From: an uncultured Bacteroidales bacterium
Lineage (GTDB): Bacteria > Bacteroidota > Bacteroidia > Bacteroidales > G3-4614
Assembly: GCA_949297125.1 (NCBI GenBank)
Contig: CASFRS010000027.1
Coordinates: 1,812-65,811, forward strand
Reading direction: 5' to 3'
DNA length: 64,000 bases
This document shows positions 38,664 to 50,077 of this stretch, in pieces. Each line of letters starts with the position of its first letter. Within the stretch, counting starts at the first letter, position 1. A program made the translations under genes and the position numbers. The notes below the pieces were generated by a model. The model did not search any database, had not been told where the DNA came from, and saw only the letters and a program-made list of their open reading frames with translations.

Positions 38664-40208
38664 ATGAAAAAGACATCGATACTTTGGGCGGATGACGAGA
38701 TAGACCTCCTGAAGCCCCATATCTATTTCCTTGAAGAAAAAGGATATGATGTAACCACCGTAACAAACGGTCAGGACGCAATAGACCTCTGTTCCGGACA
38801 ATCGTTCGACCTGGTCATCCTCGACGAGAACATGCCGGGGCTGAACGGGATAGAGACGCTCGGCAGGATAAAGGGCGAGCACCCCCACCTGCCCGTGATT
38901 ATGATAACCAAGAGCGAAGAGGAGAACATAATGACGCAGGCAATCGGCAGCAAGATTTCCGATTATCTGATAAAGCCGGTAAACCCCAATCAGATACTCC
39001 TGTCGATAAAGAAGAACCTGAACCGTAAAGAGATAATACAGGAAAAGGCCACGCTTGACTACCAGCAGGATTTTGCCCGTATTACCGACGAGATAAACCG
39101 CGCCGCCGATTATGCCGACTGGAGCAGGATATACACCCGTCTGGTGCATTGGGAAATGGAACTGGAGCAGGCCGAAAGTACGCTCTCCGACATGCTGGAG
39201 ATGCAGAAGATCGAGGCAAATGCCGCGTTCAGCAAATACGTCCGCAAAAACTATGAGGAGTGGGTGTCGGGAGGCGAACACCCGTTGATGAGCCACGAGC
39301 TGTTCAAGACAAAGGTATTCCCTGCACTGGATAACGGGGAAAAGGTCCTTTTCGTACTGATAGACAATTTCCGCCTCGACCAGTGGTATAAGGTAAAACC
39401 GATGCTTGCCGATTATTTCTCCGTTTCTGAAGAGATATATTACAGCATCCTTCCCACGGCCACGCAGTATGCCCGCAATGCAATATTTTCCGGCCTTATG
39501 CCCGACCAGATAGCGAAGATGTTCCCCGACCTCTGGGTGGACGAAGATGAAGAAGAGGGGAAGAACCTCAACGAGTCGCCGCTGATACAGACGCAGATTG
39601 ACCGGTACAGGAAGCGCTACACGTTTTCATATACCAAGATAAACGAGTCGTCTTTTGCAGAGAAGGTAATCCAGAACATAAAGCAACTGGCTGCGAACCA
39701 GCTGAACGTATGCGTGCTGAACTTTATAGACATGCTTTCGCACGCGCGTACCGAATCGAAGATGATACGCGAACTCGCCTCCTCCAGTGCAGCATACCGT
39801 TCTCTGACCGAATCGTGGTTCAGGCATTCCCCCACGCTGGAACTGCTCAGGCGCATGGCCGACAACGGGTACAAGATAATCCTTACCACCGACCACGGGA
39901 CGATACACGTAAGCAATCCGGTAAAGGTTGTAGGCGACCGCAATACCAACACCAACCTCCGCTACAAGGTGGGGAAGAACCTGAGTTACAATCCCAAACA
40001 GGTGTATGAAATAAAGAATCCCGGGAAATTCGGGCTTCCGTCGCCAAACGTGAGTTCAAAATACATATTTGCCGTAAACAACGATTTCTTCGCCTATCCC
40101 AACAACTACAACTACTATGTGGGGTATTACAAGGATACGTTCCAGCACGGCGGAATATCCATGGAGGAAATGATGATACCCCTTATAACGATGACAAAAA
40201 AACAATGA
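38664..40208 (+). CDS. porX: T9SS response regulator PorX (receiver + PglZ phosphodiesterase)
   Basis: [14 protein letters not shown] receiver; [34 protein letters not shown]; followed by tsaE. Confidence 0.93.
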   Translation: MKKTSILWADDEIDLLKPHIYFLEEKGYDVTTVTNGQDAIDLCSGQSFDLVILDENMPGLNGIETLGRIKGEHPHLPVIMITKSEEENIMTQAIGSKISDYLIKPVNPNQILLSIKKNLNRKEIIQEKATLDYQQDFARITDEINRAADYADWSRIYTRLVHWEMELEQAESTLSDMLEMQKIEANAAFSKYVRKNYEEWVSGGEHPLMSHELFKTKVFPALDNGEKVLFVLIDNFRLDQWYKVKPMLADYFSVSEEIYYSILPTATQYARNAIFSGLMPDQIAKMFPDLWVDEDEEEGKNLNESPLIQTQIDRYRKRYTFSYTKINESSFAEKVIQNIKQLAANQLNVCVLNFIDMLSHARTESKMIRELASSSAAYRSLTESWFRHSPTLELLRRMADNGYKIILTTDHGTIHVSNPVKVVGDRNTNTNLRYKVGKNLSYNPKQVYEIKNPGKFGLPSPNVSSKYIFAVNNDFFAYPNNYNYYVGYYKDTFQHGGISMEEMMIPLITMTKKQ

Positions 40209-40212
40209 CGAT

Positions 40213-40680
40213 ATGAAATGCGAAATAACAATACCCGACCTGTCCCGTATTAACGAAGCCGCCAGAGAGTTCATCGACAACATGGGCGACAATACCCTGT
40301 TTGCCTTCTACGGGAAGATGGGCGCGGGCAAGACCACCTTCATAAAGGCCGTATGCGAGGAACTCGGGGTAGCCGAAGGCGTAAACAGCCCCACGTTCGC
40401 CATAGTGAACGAATACCGGTCGGAGACAACTGGCGAGTTGATATACCATTTCGATTTTTACCGTATCAACTCGCTTCGCGAGGTCTATGACCTCGGTTAT
40501 GAAGATTATTTTTACAGCGGTGCGCTCTGCTTTATGGAGTGGCCCGAAAAAATCGCCGGTCTGCTTCCCGAAGAGTGTGTCGGGGTAACGGTAGAGGAGA
40601 TGCCCGACTCCTCGCGGCGCGTAACATGCGGGCCGCTGCACTGCCGGACAGGAGAAGCCGGGATGGGCAGCGCCGAATAA
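40213..40680 (+). CDS. tsaE: tRNA threonylcarbamoyladenosine biosynthesis ATPase TsaE
   Basis: [30 protein letters not shown]. Confidence 0.95.
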   Translation: MKCEITIPDLSRINEAAREFIDNMGDNTLFAFYGKMGAGKTTFIKAVCEELGVAEGVNSPTFAIVNEYRSETTGELIYHFDFYRINSLREVYDLGYEDYFYSGALCFMEWPEKIAGLLPEECVGVTVEEMPDSSRRVTCGPLHCRTGEAGMGSAE

Positions 40681-40697
40681 AAAAGCGAAGATATGCC

Positions 40698-40916
40698 ATG
40701 GCCGAGACAATAGCCGTAATACTGTTCGTAATATTGGGGATGCTGACGCTCGCCGCATCGGTATTCGACATGAAGTGGCTCTTTACGAGCGAGAGCGGGA
40801 GGTTTTTCGTAAAACTCCTGGGAAAGAGGGGGGCGCGCATATTTTACGGGGCGGTAGGGATTCTTGTCCTCTATATGGCGTATGAAGTGTCGAAAAGCAT
40901 CCCGGGTACAGGTTGA
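40698..40916 (+). CDS. Small membrane protein, Imm17-like family
   Basis: 72 aa, two TM helices, ASVFDMKWLF..LGKRGARIFYG pattern. Confidence 0.7.
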   Translation: MAETIAVILFVILGMLTLAASVFDMKWLFTSESGRFFVKLLGKRGARIFYGAVGILVLYMAYEVSKSIPGTG

Positions 40917-41024
40917 CAGAGTGGTGCGTATGCCCGGGCAGGGCGGGACTGCCGTTCTCCCTCATAAGGACAGAGCCGCGCAGGTGCGAAGAATACAGTG
41001 CGGAGAAAAAGCGGAAAGCAAAAA

Positions 41025-41585
41025 TCAAACGCAGGTGTGCTCGATGACAATCTTTATCCCCAGCCCTATCAGAATGATTCCACCGATAGCGGTGGAACAT
41101 CTTTTCCAACTTGTGCCGAACCATTTGCCGACATAGCATCCCGCCAGCGAAAAAATAAGAGTAACGGCGGCAATAACCGAAACGGCCATAACCATATCGA
41201 TTCGCATCAGCCCGAACGAAACCCCTATGGCCAAAGCATCTATGCTTGTCGCTACTCCAAGCTGTACCAGCGTCAGTGTCTTGATGGGAGAGAAACAGCC
41301 GCCCTCATCCTTTGAAAAAGCGGCTTCGTAAACCATCTTGATACCGAGTATTGCAAGCAGCCCGAAGGCAATCCAGTGGTCGTAGTCCTCAATCAGGGAG
41401 ATGAATTCCCGTCCCAGCAACCATCCGAGGACAGGCATGCCGCCTTGAAAAAAAGCCATCCATGCCGCAACTTTCAGCGCACCGGAAAACCTGAAAGGCT
41501 TCATGGCCACGCCGGCAGTAAGAGAAACGGCGAAAGTGTCCATCGACAACCCTACGGCCAAAAACAGCAATGCAACGAAACCCAT
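41025..41585 (-). CDS. mntP: Manganese efflux pump MntP
   Basis: GLSMDTFAVS, DHWIAF, ATSIDALAIG. Confidence 0.92.
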   Translation of the reverse strand: MGFVALLFLAVGLSMDTFAVSLTAGVAMKPFRFSGALKVAAWMAFFQGGMPVLGWLLGREFISLIEDYDHWIAFGLLAILGIKMVYEAAFSKDEGGCFSPIKTLTLVQLGVATSIDALAIGVSFGLMRIDMVMAVSVIAAVTLIFSLAGCYVGKWFGTSWKRCSTAIGGIILIGLGIKIVIEHTCV

Positions 41586-41591
41586 GCAGAA

Positions 41592-42836
41592 TCAACGTTT
41601 AAGGTTTCTGGCAAATTCCATTACGTTGGCGGGCGGCCTGCCGTTTGCAAGTTCGCCGGCCATAAACTCCAGATACGGCTCGGCATGTTCATAGAACATC
41701 CGCAGCCCGCTGCACAGGTAATTCAGTCCCGGTTCCCCGTCCGCCGTAACGGCAATCCTGTTCTTCGGGCACTCTCCGTTGCATAATTTCAAAAAACGGC
41801 ACTCGCGGCATTGTCCGGGCAGTTTGTTGCGTTTGTCCGCTCCGAACTTCATCTGTTTGTCCGACAGCATCATTTCCACAAAAGTCTTGTTCCGGATATT
41901 CCCCAGTTTGAACTCGGGGAAAACGAAATGGTCGCAACAATAGACATCCCCGTTATGCTCCATTACCGATGCGTGTCCGCAACTCTCGGCGTAAATGCAG
42001 ACGCCGGGGGCCTGTCCTACATAGCAGGCCAGGGCTGAATCGAACATCTGGACATAGAATTCCGCCACATCGTTCCTGACCCATTCATCGAAAATCTCGC
42101 AGTAAAAGCGCCCGTAATCTGTCGGGTCGACGCACCACGGCGGCATTTCCGCATCGCTTTGCCTGTCTCCGGGCGGAAGCAGTTCCAGTCCGTCGGGGCG
42201 GTCGCCCCATCTCTCCACGATAGGCGAGAACTGCATGTAGTGGCTTCCTATATCCTTGAAAAAGCGGTATGTTTCCAGCGGGAATTTTGCTCCGTAGTCC
42301 GAAATTACCGACAGGGTATTGAAGTCCACATCGAACCGTTGAAGCATCTCCACACCCTTCATCACCCTCGAGAAAGTGCCCCGTCCGCTCCTGTCCAGGC
42401 GGTAGCGGTCATGGATATGTTCCGGCCCGTCCAGCGATATCCCCACAAGGAATTCGTTCTCCTTGAAGAAACGGCACCATTCCTCGTTGAGGAGCAGGCC
42501 GTTGGTCTGTATGGAATTGGCAATCCTTTTGCCCCGTGCATACCTTTGCTGGTACTTCATTGCCTTGCGGAAGAAGTCTATGCCGCGCATAAGGGTCTCC
42601 CCCCCGTGCCAGGTGAAAAAGACATCGCCCCCGGGCTGGCATTCTATGTATTCGGCTACGTACCGTTCCAGAATGTCGTCCCCCATTTTGGGCGACGAGC
42701 CATGGTACAGGTTGCTTTTCTCAAGATAGTAGCAATAGATGCAATCCATATTGCAGAGCGCCCCTATGGGCTTTGCCATTACGTAAATGGGAAAGTTCAG
42801 CGGATTGAACGCAATAGTTCTCGGTTTCAAAGGCAT
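41592..42836 (-). CDS. chuR: Anaerobic sulfatase maturase (radical SAM/SPASM, anSME/ChuR)
   Basis: KPIGALCNMDCIYCYY, WHGGE, QTNG, DVYCCDH, CRECRFLKLCNGECPKNR. Confidence 0.92.
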   Translation of the reverse strand: MPLKPRTIAFNPLNFPIYVMAKPIGALCNMDCIYCYYLEKSNLYHGSSPKMGDDILERYVAEYIECQPGGDVFFTWHGGETLMRGIDFFRKAMKYQQRYARGKRIANSIQTNGLLLNEEWCRFFKENEFLVGISLDGPEHIHDRYRLDRSGRGTFSRVMKGVEMLQRFDVDFNTLSVISDYGAKFPLETYRFFKDIGSHYMQFSPIVERWGDRPDGLELLPPGDRQSDAEMPPWCVDPTDYGRFYCEIFDEWVRNDVAEFYVQMFDSALACYVGQAPGVCIYAESCGHASVMEHNGDVYCCDHFVFPEFKLGNIRNKTFVEMMLSDKQMKFGADKRNKLPGQCRECRFLKLCNGECPKNRIAVTADGEPGLNYLCSGLRMFYEHAEPYLEFMAGELANGRPPANVMEFARNLKR

Positions 42837-43025
42837 ATAAAAACAGGTGTAAAGCGGCAGGCTCGTTTTTGATGCCTGCATTATGGTCGCACAAATATAG
42901 TATAACCCGAAAAAAACTCAAAGAGGCGGCAGCCGGGTAAAGGAGAAAACAAAAAAGGTGCGGCAATCACGGCGGGAATTACTATCTTCGTAAACCGAAA
43001 AAGAAGAGAACAGAAAAGGAGCAAA

Positions 43026-43997
43026 ATGAAAAAACGAGTATTGGTAACATATAACATGTTGCGCCCGGGTTATTCCGAGTTGGAGGAAAAATACGATGTA
43101 ACATTCCCGCCGGAAGGACGCGAATCGTTTACCTACGATGAGGTGCTGGCAATGATAGGCGAATATGACGCACTGCAGTCCATGTTCAATTTCAAGGTAG
43201 ACGAGCCGCTGATGCAGGCCGGCAGGAGACTTAAGATAATATCCAATTATGCGGTGGGCTTCGACAATATCGACGTGGAAGCCGCCACACGCCTTAAAAT
43301 TCAGGTAACAAATACGCCGCATCAGGTAACGGAACCCACCGCCGATCAGGCATTGGGCCTGCTGTTGGCCGTCTCCCGCCGTATATCGGAAATGGACAGA
43401 AGGCTGCGTATTCCCGGAAACGTACATGTGGGCCTGCTCGAAAACCTCGGCCATTCCCTGTATGGGAAAACTGTCGGCATAGTGGGTATGGGCAGGATAG
43501 GGCAGGCGCTTGCCCGCCGTTGTCTGGCGTGCGGCATGAAAATAGCATACAACAACCGCCGCCGTCTCGACACCGATACCGAGGCACGGTACGGGGCACG
43601 GTATCTTCCGCTCGACGAATTGCTCTCCCTCTCCGATGTGGTTTCGGTAAATGCCCCGCTGACCCCTGAAACCTATCACATTATAGGCCGCAGGGAGTTC
43701 GCGCTGATGAAGCGCGGTGCAATACTGATAAATACGGCACGCGGCCCGCTTGTAGACGATAAGGCCCTTGTCGAGGCGTTGCAGAGCGGCCGGATAGGAG
43801 GCGCAGGGCTTGATGTTTTTGAAAACGGCGATTATCCTGCCGATGAACTGCTGTATTTCGACAATGTGGTCCTCAACCCGCATCTCGGCACGCAGACCGT
43901 AGAGGCGCGCAATGAAATGGCAAAGCAGGTTTCCGACAACATAATAAACTTCTTTGAAGGTGGGCCTGTCTATAAGGTAAACGATATCGGCCGATGA
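43026..43997 (+). CDS. D-2-hydroxyacid dehydrogenase (glyoxylate/hydroxypyruvate reductase-like)
   Basis: AVGFDNID, GMGRIG, LINTARG, GLDVFE, PHLG. Confidence 0.9.
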   Translation: MKKRVLVTYNMLRPGYSELEEKYDVTFPPEGRESFTYDEVLAMIGEYDALQSMFNFKVDEPLMQAGRRLKIISNYAVGFDNIDVEAATRLKIQVTNTPHQVTEPTADQALGLLLAVSRRISEMDRRLRIPGNVHVGLLENLGHSLYGKTVGIVGMGRIGQALARRCLACGMKIAYNNRRRLDTDTEARYGARYLPLDELLSLSDVVSVNAPLTPETYHIIGRREFALMKRGAILINTARGPLVDDKALVEALQSGRIGGAGLDVFENGDYPADELLYFDNVVLNPHLGTQTVEARNEMAKQVSDNIINFFEGGPVYKVNDIGR

Positions 43998-44741
43998 TAA
44001 AAGCCGCAGATATAAAGGCCGAAATAACGGCGTTGGCCAATCCCGAAAAAGCGCGGGTGCTCGCCCGTTTTTTCAAAACCGGCAAAGGGGAGTACGGCTA
44101 CGGCGACAGTTTTCTCGGCATTGCCGTTCCGCAGATAAGGGGTGTGGCGAAGCGGCATGCTGCGGCAATACCTCTCGATGAAATCGTCCCTTTGCTTGCC
44201 GACGGATACCATGAAATACGCCTTTTGCGCCCTGCTGCTTGCGGTTTGCAGGTATGCCGTAAAGAAAAGCCCGGACGAAGAAAAGGAGAAGATATTCCGT
44301 CTCTATACCGGCAATACACGATATATAAACAATTGGGATCTGGTCGACTTGTCCGCCCCCGGGATAGTCGGGGCGCACCTTTACGGAAAAGAGTGCGGGT
44401 TGCTGTACAGGTATGCGGCATCCGGCGATATATGGCAGCAGCGCATAGCCATGGTGTCGACCCTTGCCTTTATCCGCAGAGGGGATAATACGCATACGTT
44501 CAGCCTTGCGGAGAAACTGCTCGGGACGAAAGAGCCCCTTATACAGAAAGCTGCAGGGTGGATGCTCCGCGAAGCGGGCAAGCGCGACAGGCCCGCGCTG
44601 GAGAAGTTCCTCTCCGTACATGCATGCCGTATGCCCCGGACAATGTTGCGGTACGCAATAGAGAAGTTCTCCGAAAACGAGCGGGCATATTACATGCGGT
44701 CGGGGAAAACGTCAAGCAGGCGTTGCCCCGGACTGATATAG
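43994..44741 (+). pseudogene. DNA alkylation repair protein (AlkD-like), split by a 1-nt frameshift
   Basis: N-terminal RFFKTGKGEYG..FLGI.VP..YHEIR in frame of 43994 continues as CALLL..INNWDLVD..IQKAAGWMLRE..MPRTMLRYAIE in frame of 44142; junction CGCCTTTTGC at 44219-44228. Confidence 0.85.
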
Positions 44742-44784
44742 TAAGGAGCAACGCCTTGCATGGAGGGAATTGACAAAAAAATTT

Positions 44785-44792
44785 TATCTTTG
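44785..44792 (+). promoter_or_regulatory. sigmaA -7 element for hexuronate operon
   Basis: TATCTTTG 40 nt before kdgK. Confidence 0.65.
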
Positions 44793-44831
44793 TAACTCCG
44801 GCAGGTTATGTATACCTAAAAACAGACAGAT

Positions 44832-45872
44832 ATGATAGACAAGAAAGTTGTTACATTCGGAGAAATAATGCTGCGCCTTGCAACCCCCGGGTATCTCAGG
44901 TTCGGCCAGGCGCGTGAGTTTTCAGCCACTTTCGGCGGAGCGGAGGCCAACGTCGCTGTCTCCCTTGCCAACTACGGAGTTCCGGCGGCGTATGTTACCC
45001 GCCTTCCGGACAACGATATAGCCGCCTCCTGCGTGGCGGAACTGCGCGGGCTCGGAGTAGACACCTCCCGGATAATCTACGGCGGGGAGAGAATGGGAAT
45101 CTTCTATCTCGAAACCGGAGCCGTTGCACGCGGCAGCAAGGTGCTGTACGACCGGGCGCATTCGTCCATGTCCGGGATACGGCCCGGAATGGTAGACTGG
45201 GACAGCGTGTTCAAGGATGCCTGCTGGTTTCATTGGACCGGAATCACGCCGGCTATATCCGAAAGCGCGGCAGAGGCCTGCATCGAAGCGGTTAAGGCGG
45301 CAAAAAAGGCGGGACTTACGGTATCGTGCGACCTTAACTACCGGAAGAACCTTTGGAAGTACGGGAAGACGGCTTCTGAAATCATGCCCGGACTTGTGGA
45401 AAACAGCGATATAATCCTTGGCAACGAGGAAGATGCCGAAATGGTGTTCGGCATTCGTCCCGAAGGGTTCGATGCAAGGGCCGGGAAAGTAGAGGCCGCA
45501 TCGTTCGAGTCGGTATGCCGCCAGCTTAAAGCCCGTTTCCCGCAGGCATCCAAAATAATAATTACGTTGAGAGGGTCAATCAGCGCCAGCCACAATACAT
45601 GGAGCGGAGTTCTCTTCAACGGGGAGAATTTCATCCGCTCCAGGCAGTACGACATTACGCATATAGTCGACCGGGTAGGGGGCGGCGATGCCTTTATGGG
45701 CGGCCTTATATACGGGCTGCTCGCCTATCCTGGAGATGACGGCAAGGCTTTGGACTTTGCGGTTGCGGCCTCGTGCCTCAAACACACCGTTTACGGCGAC
45801 TTCAACCGCGTAACGGCAGGCGAGGTGGAGAAACTGATGGCCGGCGACGCATCCGGCCGCGTAGCAAGGTAA
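44832..45872 (+). CDS. kdgK: 2-dehydro-3-deoxygluconokinase
   Basis: FGEIMLRL, GGAEANVA, DLNYR, DRVGGGDAF. Confidence 0.92.
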   Translation: MIDKKVVTFGEIMLRLATPGYLRFGQAREFSATFGGAEANVAVSLANYGVPAAYVTRLPDNDIAASCVAELRGLGVDTSRIIYGGERMGIFYLETGAVARGSKVLYDRAHSSMSGIRPGMVDWDSVFKDACWFHWTGITPAISESAAEACIEAVKAAKKAGLTVSCDLNYRKNLWKYGKTASEIMPGLVENSDIILGNEEDAEMVFGIRPEGFDARAGKVEAASFESVCRQLKARFPQASKIIITLRGSISASHNTWSGVLFNGENFIRSRQYDITHIVDRVGGGDAFMGGLIYGLLAYPGDDGKALDFAVAASCLKHTVYGDFNRVTAGEVEKLMAGDASGRVAR

Positions 45873-45893
45873 AAATACGTAAACGACAGCAAT

Positions 45894-46565
45894 ATGGCCA
45901 GATTTTCAAAAATGCAGGTTCTCGGTAAAATGCTATCTACCGGAATCGTCCCCGTTTTTTACAACAGTAATCCCGAAACTGTAAAAAAAGTTCTCGGTGC
46001 ATGTTACAGGGGCGGGATAAGGGTGTTTGAATTCACCAACCGCGGCGACTTCGCCCATGAAATATTTTCCGAGGCGGTGAAATATGCCGCCACGGAGTGC
46101 CCCGAAATGATTCTCGGCGCCGGTACGGTTGTGGATGCCGGTACGGCATCGCTCTACATGCAGTGCGGGGCGTCTTTCATCGTGGGGCCTCTTTTCAATC
46201 CCGAGGTCGCCAGAACGTGCAACAGGCGTCTTGTCCCGTACATACCGGGGTGCGGTTCGGTATCTGAAATAGGTGCGGCGCAGGAAGCAGGATGCGATGT
46301 ATGCAAGATATTTCCGGCCGGCAACGTGGGCGGGCCGTCGTTCGTGAAAAACGTACTGGCGCCTATGCCGTGGTCGCAACTGATGGCTACGGGGGCTGTT
46401 TCTCCCGACAGGGAGAACCTTTCCGCGTGGTTCAGCGCCGGAGTCTCGACCGTAGGCATGGGCTCGCAGCTTATCCCCGGGAAAACCGTCGAGGCGGAAG
46501 AATGGGATAAAATAACGGAACTGTGCGCCTTTTCCCTGTCTGTAGTGGCAGAATGCCGGCAATAA
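45894..46565 (+). CDS. eda: KDPG/KHG aldolase
   Basis: FEFTNRG, GAGTV, CKIFPA, MATGAV. Confidence 0.92.
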   Translation: MARFSKMQVLGKMLSTGIVPVFYNSNPETVKKVLGACYRGGIRVFEFTNRGDFAHEIFSEAVKYAATECPEMILGAGTVVDAGTASLYMQCGASFIVGPLFNPEVARTCNRRLVPYIPGCGSVSEIGAAQEAGCDVCKIFPAGNVGGPSFVKNVLAPMPWSQLMATGAVSPDRENLSAWFSAGVSTVGMGSQLIPGKTVEAEEWDKITELCAFSLSVVAECRQ

Positions 46566-46584
46566 CCGATAACCCTTGACCAGA

Positions 46585-48015
46585 ATGAAAACTAAACTCA
46601 GATCAGACGGCAGGATGACCGGTTTCCGGTGGGTCATATGCGCCCTTCTTTTCTTCGCCCTCATGGTAAATTACCTGGACCGTCAGGTCCTGTCCCTTAC
46701 GTGGGTCGAATTCATAGCTCCTGAATTTCACTGGACAAATGACGACTACGGTACCATAGCCGGGCTGTTCTCTCTCTTTTATGCCATAGCCATGCTGTTT
46801 GCAGGGCGTTTTGTCGATTGGCTGGATACCCGCAGGGGGTATCTGTGGGCTATCGGCATATGGTCTTTCGGTGCATGTCTCCATGCCTTTTGCGGAATCG
46901 CTACCTCCGGTATTACGGCCGGAAAATGGTTCGTAGGGTTTGACGGGGCCAGGGAAGCTATCGCCGCTGTGTCCGACGTCTCCAGGGTAGTCAATGTAAG
47001 CGTCGCCCTCTTCATCCTTGCAAGGCTGGTGCTTGCTGTAGGCGAGGCCGGGAATTTCCCTGCGGCCATAAAGGCGACAGTTGAATATTTCCCCAAAAAA
47101 GACAGGGCATTCTCAACCAGCATATTCAATTCCGGCGCGACGGTCGGGGCGCTTGCAGCTCCCGTAACCATACCGTTCATAGCGGAGGCATGGGGTTGGG
47201 AAATGGCATTTATAATAATAGGGGCCCTCGGTTTCGTTTGGATGGGTTTCTGGCAGTGGCTCTACAGGAAACCCGAGGCAAATCCGAGGGTGAACAAGGC
47301 CGAGTTGGAATATATCGTACAGGATTCGGCAGAAGAACCCCGGCAGGAAAAAGGGCTTTCCTTCATGCAGTGCTTCAGGTATCGCCAGACCTGGGCCTTT
47401 GCCATAGGCAAGTTCATGACGGACGGCGTATGGTGGTTCCTGCTCTTTTGGGCACCTGCCTATTTGCAGTCGGTTTACAGTATGACTTCCACACAGGTGG
47501 CATTCCCCCTGTTTGTCCTGTATATGATAACCATGCTCTCGATAATAGGCGGCTGGCTGCCGTCGTATTTCATCGACAAAAAGAAAATGAACCCTTATGC
47601 AGGGCGGATGCGGGCAATGCTGATATTCGCGTTCTTCCCCCTTCTGGCTGTGCTGGCGCAACCCTTGGGGGCATATTCATATTGGATATCCGTTGTCATT
47701 ATCGGGATAGTAGCCGCCGCGCACCAGGCCTGGTCGGCAAATATATTCTCTACGGTCGGGGACATGTTCCCGAAAGCGGCAGTGGCTACCGTAACCGGGA
47801 TAGGGGGTATGGCAGGCGGGTTGGCCTCATTCATCTTCAATAAATGTTCGGGGCTTCTGTTTGACTATTCCGAGTCGTCCGACATGTCATTTATGGGGTT
47901 TGAAGGAATAGAGGCCGGATATTTCATCGTATTCTGCATCTGTTCCGTCCTCTATATCCTGGGGTGGGGGATAATGAAACTTCTGGTACCGCGATATAAA
48001 CTTATTGAAGTGTAA
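46585..48015 (+). CDS. exuT: MFS hexuronate transporter
   Basis: NYLDRQ, GEAGNFP, IFNSGA, AHQAWSAN; operon context. Confidence 0.88.
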   Translation: MKTKLRSDGRMTGFRWVICALLFFALMVNYLDRQVLSLTWVEFIAPEFHWTNDDYGTIAGLFSLFYAIAMLFAGRFVDWLDTRRGYLWAIGIWSFGACLHAFCGIATSGITAGKWFVGFDGAREAIAAVSDVSRVVNVSVALFILARLVLAVGEAGNFPAAIKATVEYFPKKDRAFSTSIFNSGATVGALAAPVTIPFIAEAWGWEMAFIIIGALGFVWMGFWQWLYRKPEANPRVNKAELEYIVQDSAEEPRQEKGLSFMQCFRYRQTWAFAIGKFMTDGVWWFLLFWAPAYLQSVYSMTSTQVAFPLFVLYMITMLSIIGGWLPSYFIDKKKMNPYAGRMRAMLIFAFFPLLAVLAQPLGAYSYWISVVIIGIVAAAHQAWSANIFSTVGDMFPKAAVATVTGIGGMAGGLASFIFNKCSGLLFDYSESSDMSFMGFEGIEAGYFIVFCICSVLYILGWGIMKLLVPRYKLIEV

Positions 48016-48031
48016 ATTAATACGTACAGCA

Positions 48032-48844
48032 ATGAACGATTTGTTCGATATAAACGGCAAAGTAGCCGTCATAACGGGAGGCAGCGGCGTTCTGGGCGGC
48101 GCAATGTCGGAGTATCTCGCTTCGCGGGGCGCCAAGGTGGCGATTCTTGCGCGCAACGAGGAGAAAGGCAGTGCCCTTGCAGGGAAAATCAGGTCGGAAG
48201 GGCATGATGCCATGTTCCTCCGTACGGACGTTACAGACAGGAGCATCCTTGAAGACAACTGTTCGCGGATACTTGCCTCATACGGCAAGATAGACATACT
48301 TGTAAACTGCGCCGGCGGAAACATGCCCGGCGCCACTATCCCGCCCGACAAGACCATTTTCGATATAGAAATTGAAGACTTCCGCAAAGTGGTGGACCTT
48401 AACCTCTTCGGTACGGTAATACCCACAATGGTATTTGCAAAGGCCATGCTTTCCACCGGTGGAGGGTCGATTGTGAACATTGCATCGGAGTCGGCGCTGA
48501 GGCCGCTCACGCGCGTAATGGGGTACGGTGCAGCCAAGGCCGCAGTCGTCAACTTTACGAAATATCTTGCGGGAGAGCTTGCAATCAAGTTCGGCAATAC
48601 GTTCCGGGTAAATGCAATGGCCCCCGGGTTCTTTATTACGGAACAGAACCGTACCCTGATGACCAATCCCGACGGAAGCTACTCCGACAGGGCAAAGACA
48701 ATTCTCGCACATACGCCTTTCGGACGGTTCGGCGAGGCTGACGAACTGTTGGGATCCCTCCATTATCTGGTCAGCGATGCTTCCCGTTTCGTTACAGGTA
48801 CGGTGCTTGTCATAGACGGCGGTTTCGATGCTTTTTCAATATAA
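48032..48844 (+). CDS. uxuB: SDR oxidoreductase, D-mannonate oxidoreductase (Bacillus-type UxuB)
   Basis: [35 protein letters not shown]; directly before uxuA. Confidence 0.8.
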   Translation: MNDLFDINGKVAVITGGSGVLGGAMSEYLASRGAKVAILARNEEKGSALAGKIRSEGHDAMFLRTDVTDRSILEDNCSRILASYGKIDILVNCAGGNMPGATIPPDKTIFDIEIEDFRKVVDLNLFGTVIPTMVFAKAMLSTGGGSIVNIASESALRPLTRVMGYGAAKAAVVNFTKYLAGELAIKFGNTFRVNAMAPGFFITEQNRTLMTNPDGSYSDRAKTILAHTPFGRFGEADELLGSLHYLVSDASRFVTGTVLVIDGGFDAFSI

Positions 48845-48848
48845 CTTC

Positions 48849-50063
48849 ATGGAACGGCAGATGTATTTAGGAAAACAGACATGGCGGTGGTACGGTCCGT
48901 CCGACCCCGTATCGCTGAGCGACATAAGGCAGGCGGGAGCTGCGGGCATAGTAACCGCGCTGCACCATATCCCCAATGGCGAGGTATGGACGCAGGACGA
49001 GATTGCCGCGCGTATCGCAGTCGTGCGTGCGGCCGGACTCGAGTGGGACGTAGTGGAGAGTATCCCCGTTCATGAACATATAAAGACGCGTGAAGGCAAC
49101 TATCACCGGTACGTGGAAAATTACAAGCAGAGCATAAGGAACCTTGCCCGTTGCGGAGTATATACGGTTACATACAACTTCATGCCGGTGCTTGACTGGA
49201 CACGGACCGATCTGGCCTTCCGCATGCCCGACGGCTCGCTGGCCTTGAGGTTCGAGCGTGCCGCACTGGTGGCATTCGACGTGTTTCTCCTCAAGCGCAA
49301 GGGGGCTGAGGCCGACTATACCCCGCAGGAAATAGAGAAGGCGCGGAAGCGTCTGGAGAAGATGACCGACGGGGAAAAGGAAACCCTTGTAAGGAATATC
49401 ATAGCCGGTCTCCCCGGAGCGGAAGAGAGTTTCACGATAGAGGAGTTCAGAAGCAGGCTCGAACATTACGAAGGGGTAAGCGCTCAGCAGTTGAGGGAGA
49501 ACCTTATCGGTTTCCTGCGCGAGATAACCCCCGTGGCCGAGGAAGAAGGGGTACGCCTGGCTATCCATGCGGACGACCCTCCGTACCCTATTCTGGGGCT
49601 GCCCCGTATAATGAGTACCGAGGAGGACTTTTCGCTCCTTGCCGCTGCCGTTCCGAGTCCTGCAAACGGGTTGTGCCTTTGCACGGGGTCTTTCGGCGTG
49701 CGTGCCGACAATGATTTGCCCGGCATGATGAGAAGGCTCGGCGACAGGGTCTATTTTGCGCACTTCCGCTCCACCAGACGCGATGCAGAGGGTAATTTCC
49801 ATGAAGCCAACCACCTGGAGGGCGATGTGGACATGTATGAAGTGATGAAGGCTTTTCTTGAATTGACCGGACGCCGTCGCGAATCCATACCGTACCGCCC
49901 CGACCACGGACATCAGATGCTCGACGACTTGAAGAAAAAGACGAATCCCGGTTATTCCGGAATAGGCCGGTTGCGCGGCCTTGCCGAGCTCCGCGGGCTT
50001 GAACTCGGAATAGCGCGTTCCATGCAGGAGGGGAAAAGTATGGCCGATACAGAAAAAAGATAA
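48849..50063 (+). CDS. uxuA: Mannonate dehydratase
   Basis: [38 protein letters not shown]. Confidence 0.96.
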   Translation: MERQMYLGKQTWRWYGPSDPVSLSDIRQAGAAGIVTALHHIPNGEVWTQDEIAARIAVVRAAGLEWDVVESIPVHEHIKTREGNYHRYVENYKQSIRNLARCGVYTVTYNFMPVLDWTRTDLAFRMPDGSLALRFERAALVAFDVFLLKRKGAEADYTPQEIEKARKRLEKMTDGEKETLVRNIIAGLPGAEESFTIEEFRSRLEHYEGVSAQQLRENLIGFLREITPVAEEEGVRLAIHADDPPYPILGLPRIMSTEEDFSLLAAAVPSPANGLCLCTGSFGVRADNDLPGMMRRLGDRVYFAHFRSTRRDAEGNFHEANHLEGDVDMYEVMKAFLELTGRRRESIPYRPDHGHQMLDDLKKKTNPGYSGIGRLRGLAELRGLELGIARSMQEGKSMADTEKR

Positions 50064-50077
50064 CCGATACGTTCATT

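Noticed and set aside
40698-40916. Imm17-like gene as evidence of a polymorphic toxin system
   Set aside because: No toxin is adjacent; from recall it is a routine neighbour of tsaE in Bacteroidales.
44802-44820. UxuR/ExuR-like operator AGGTTATGTATACCT before kdgK
   Set aside because: Only a weak partial palindrome, single copy, with no regulator nearby; it cannot be supported.
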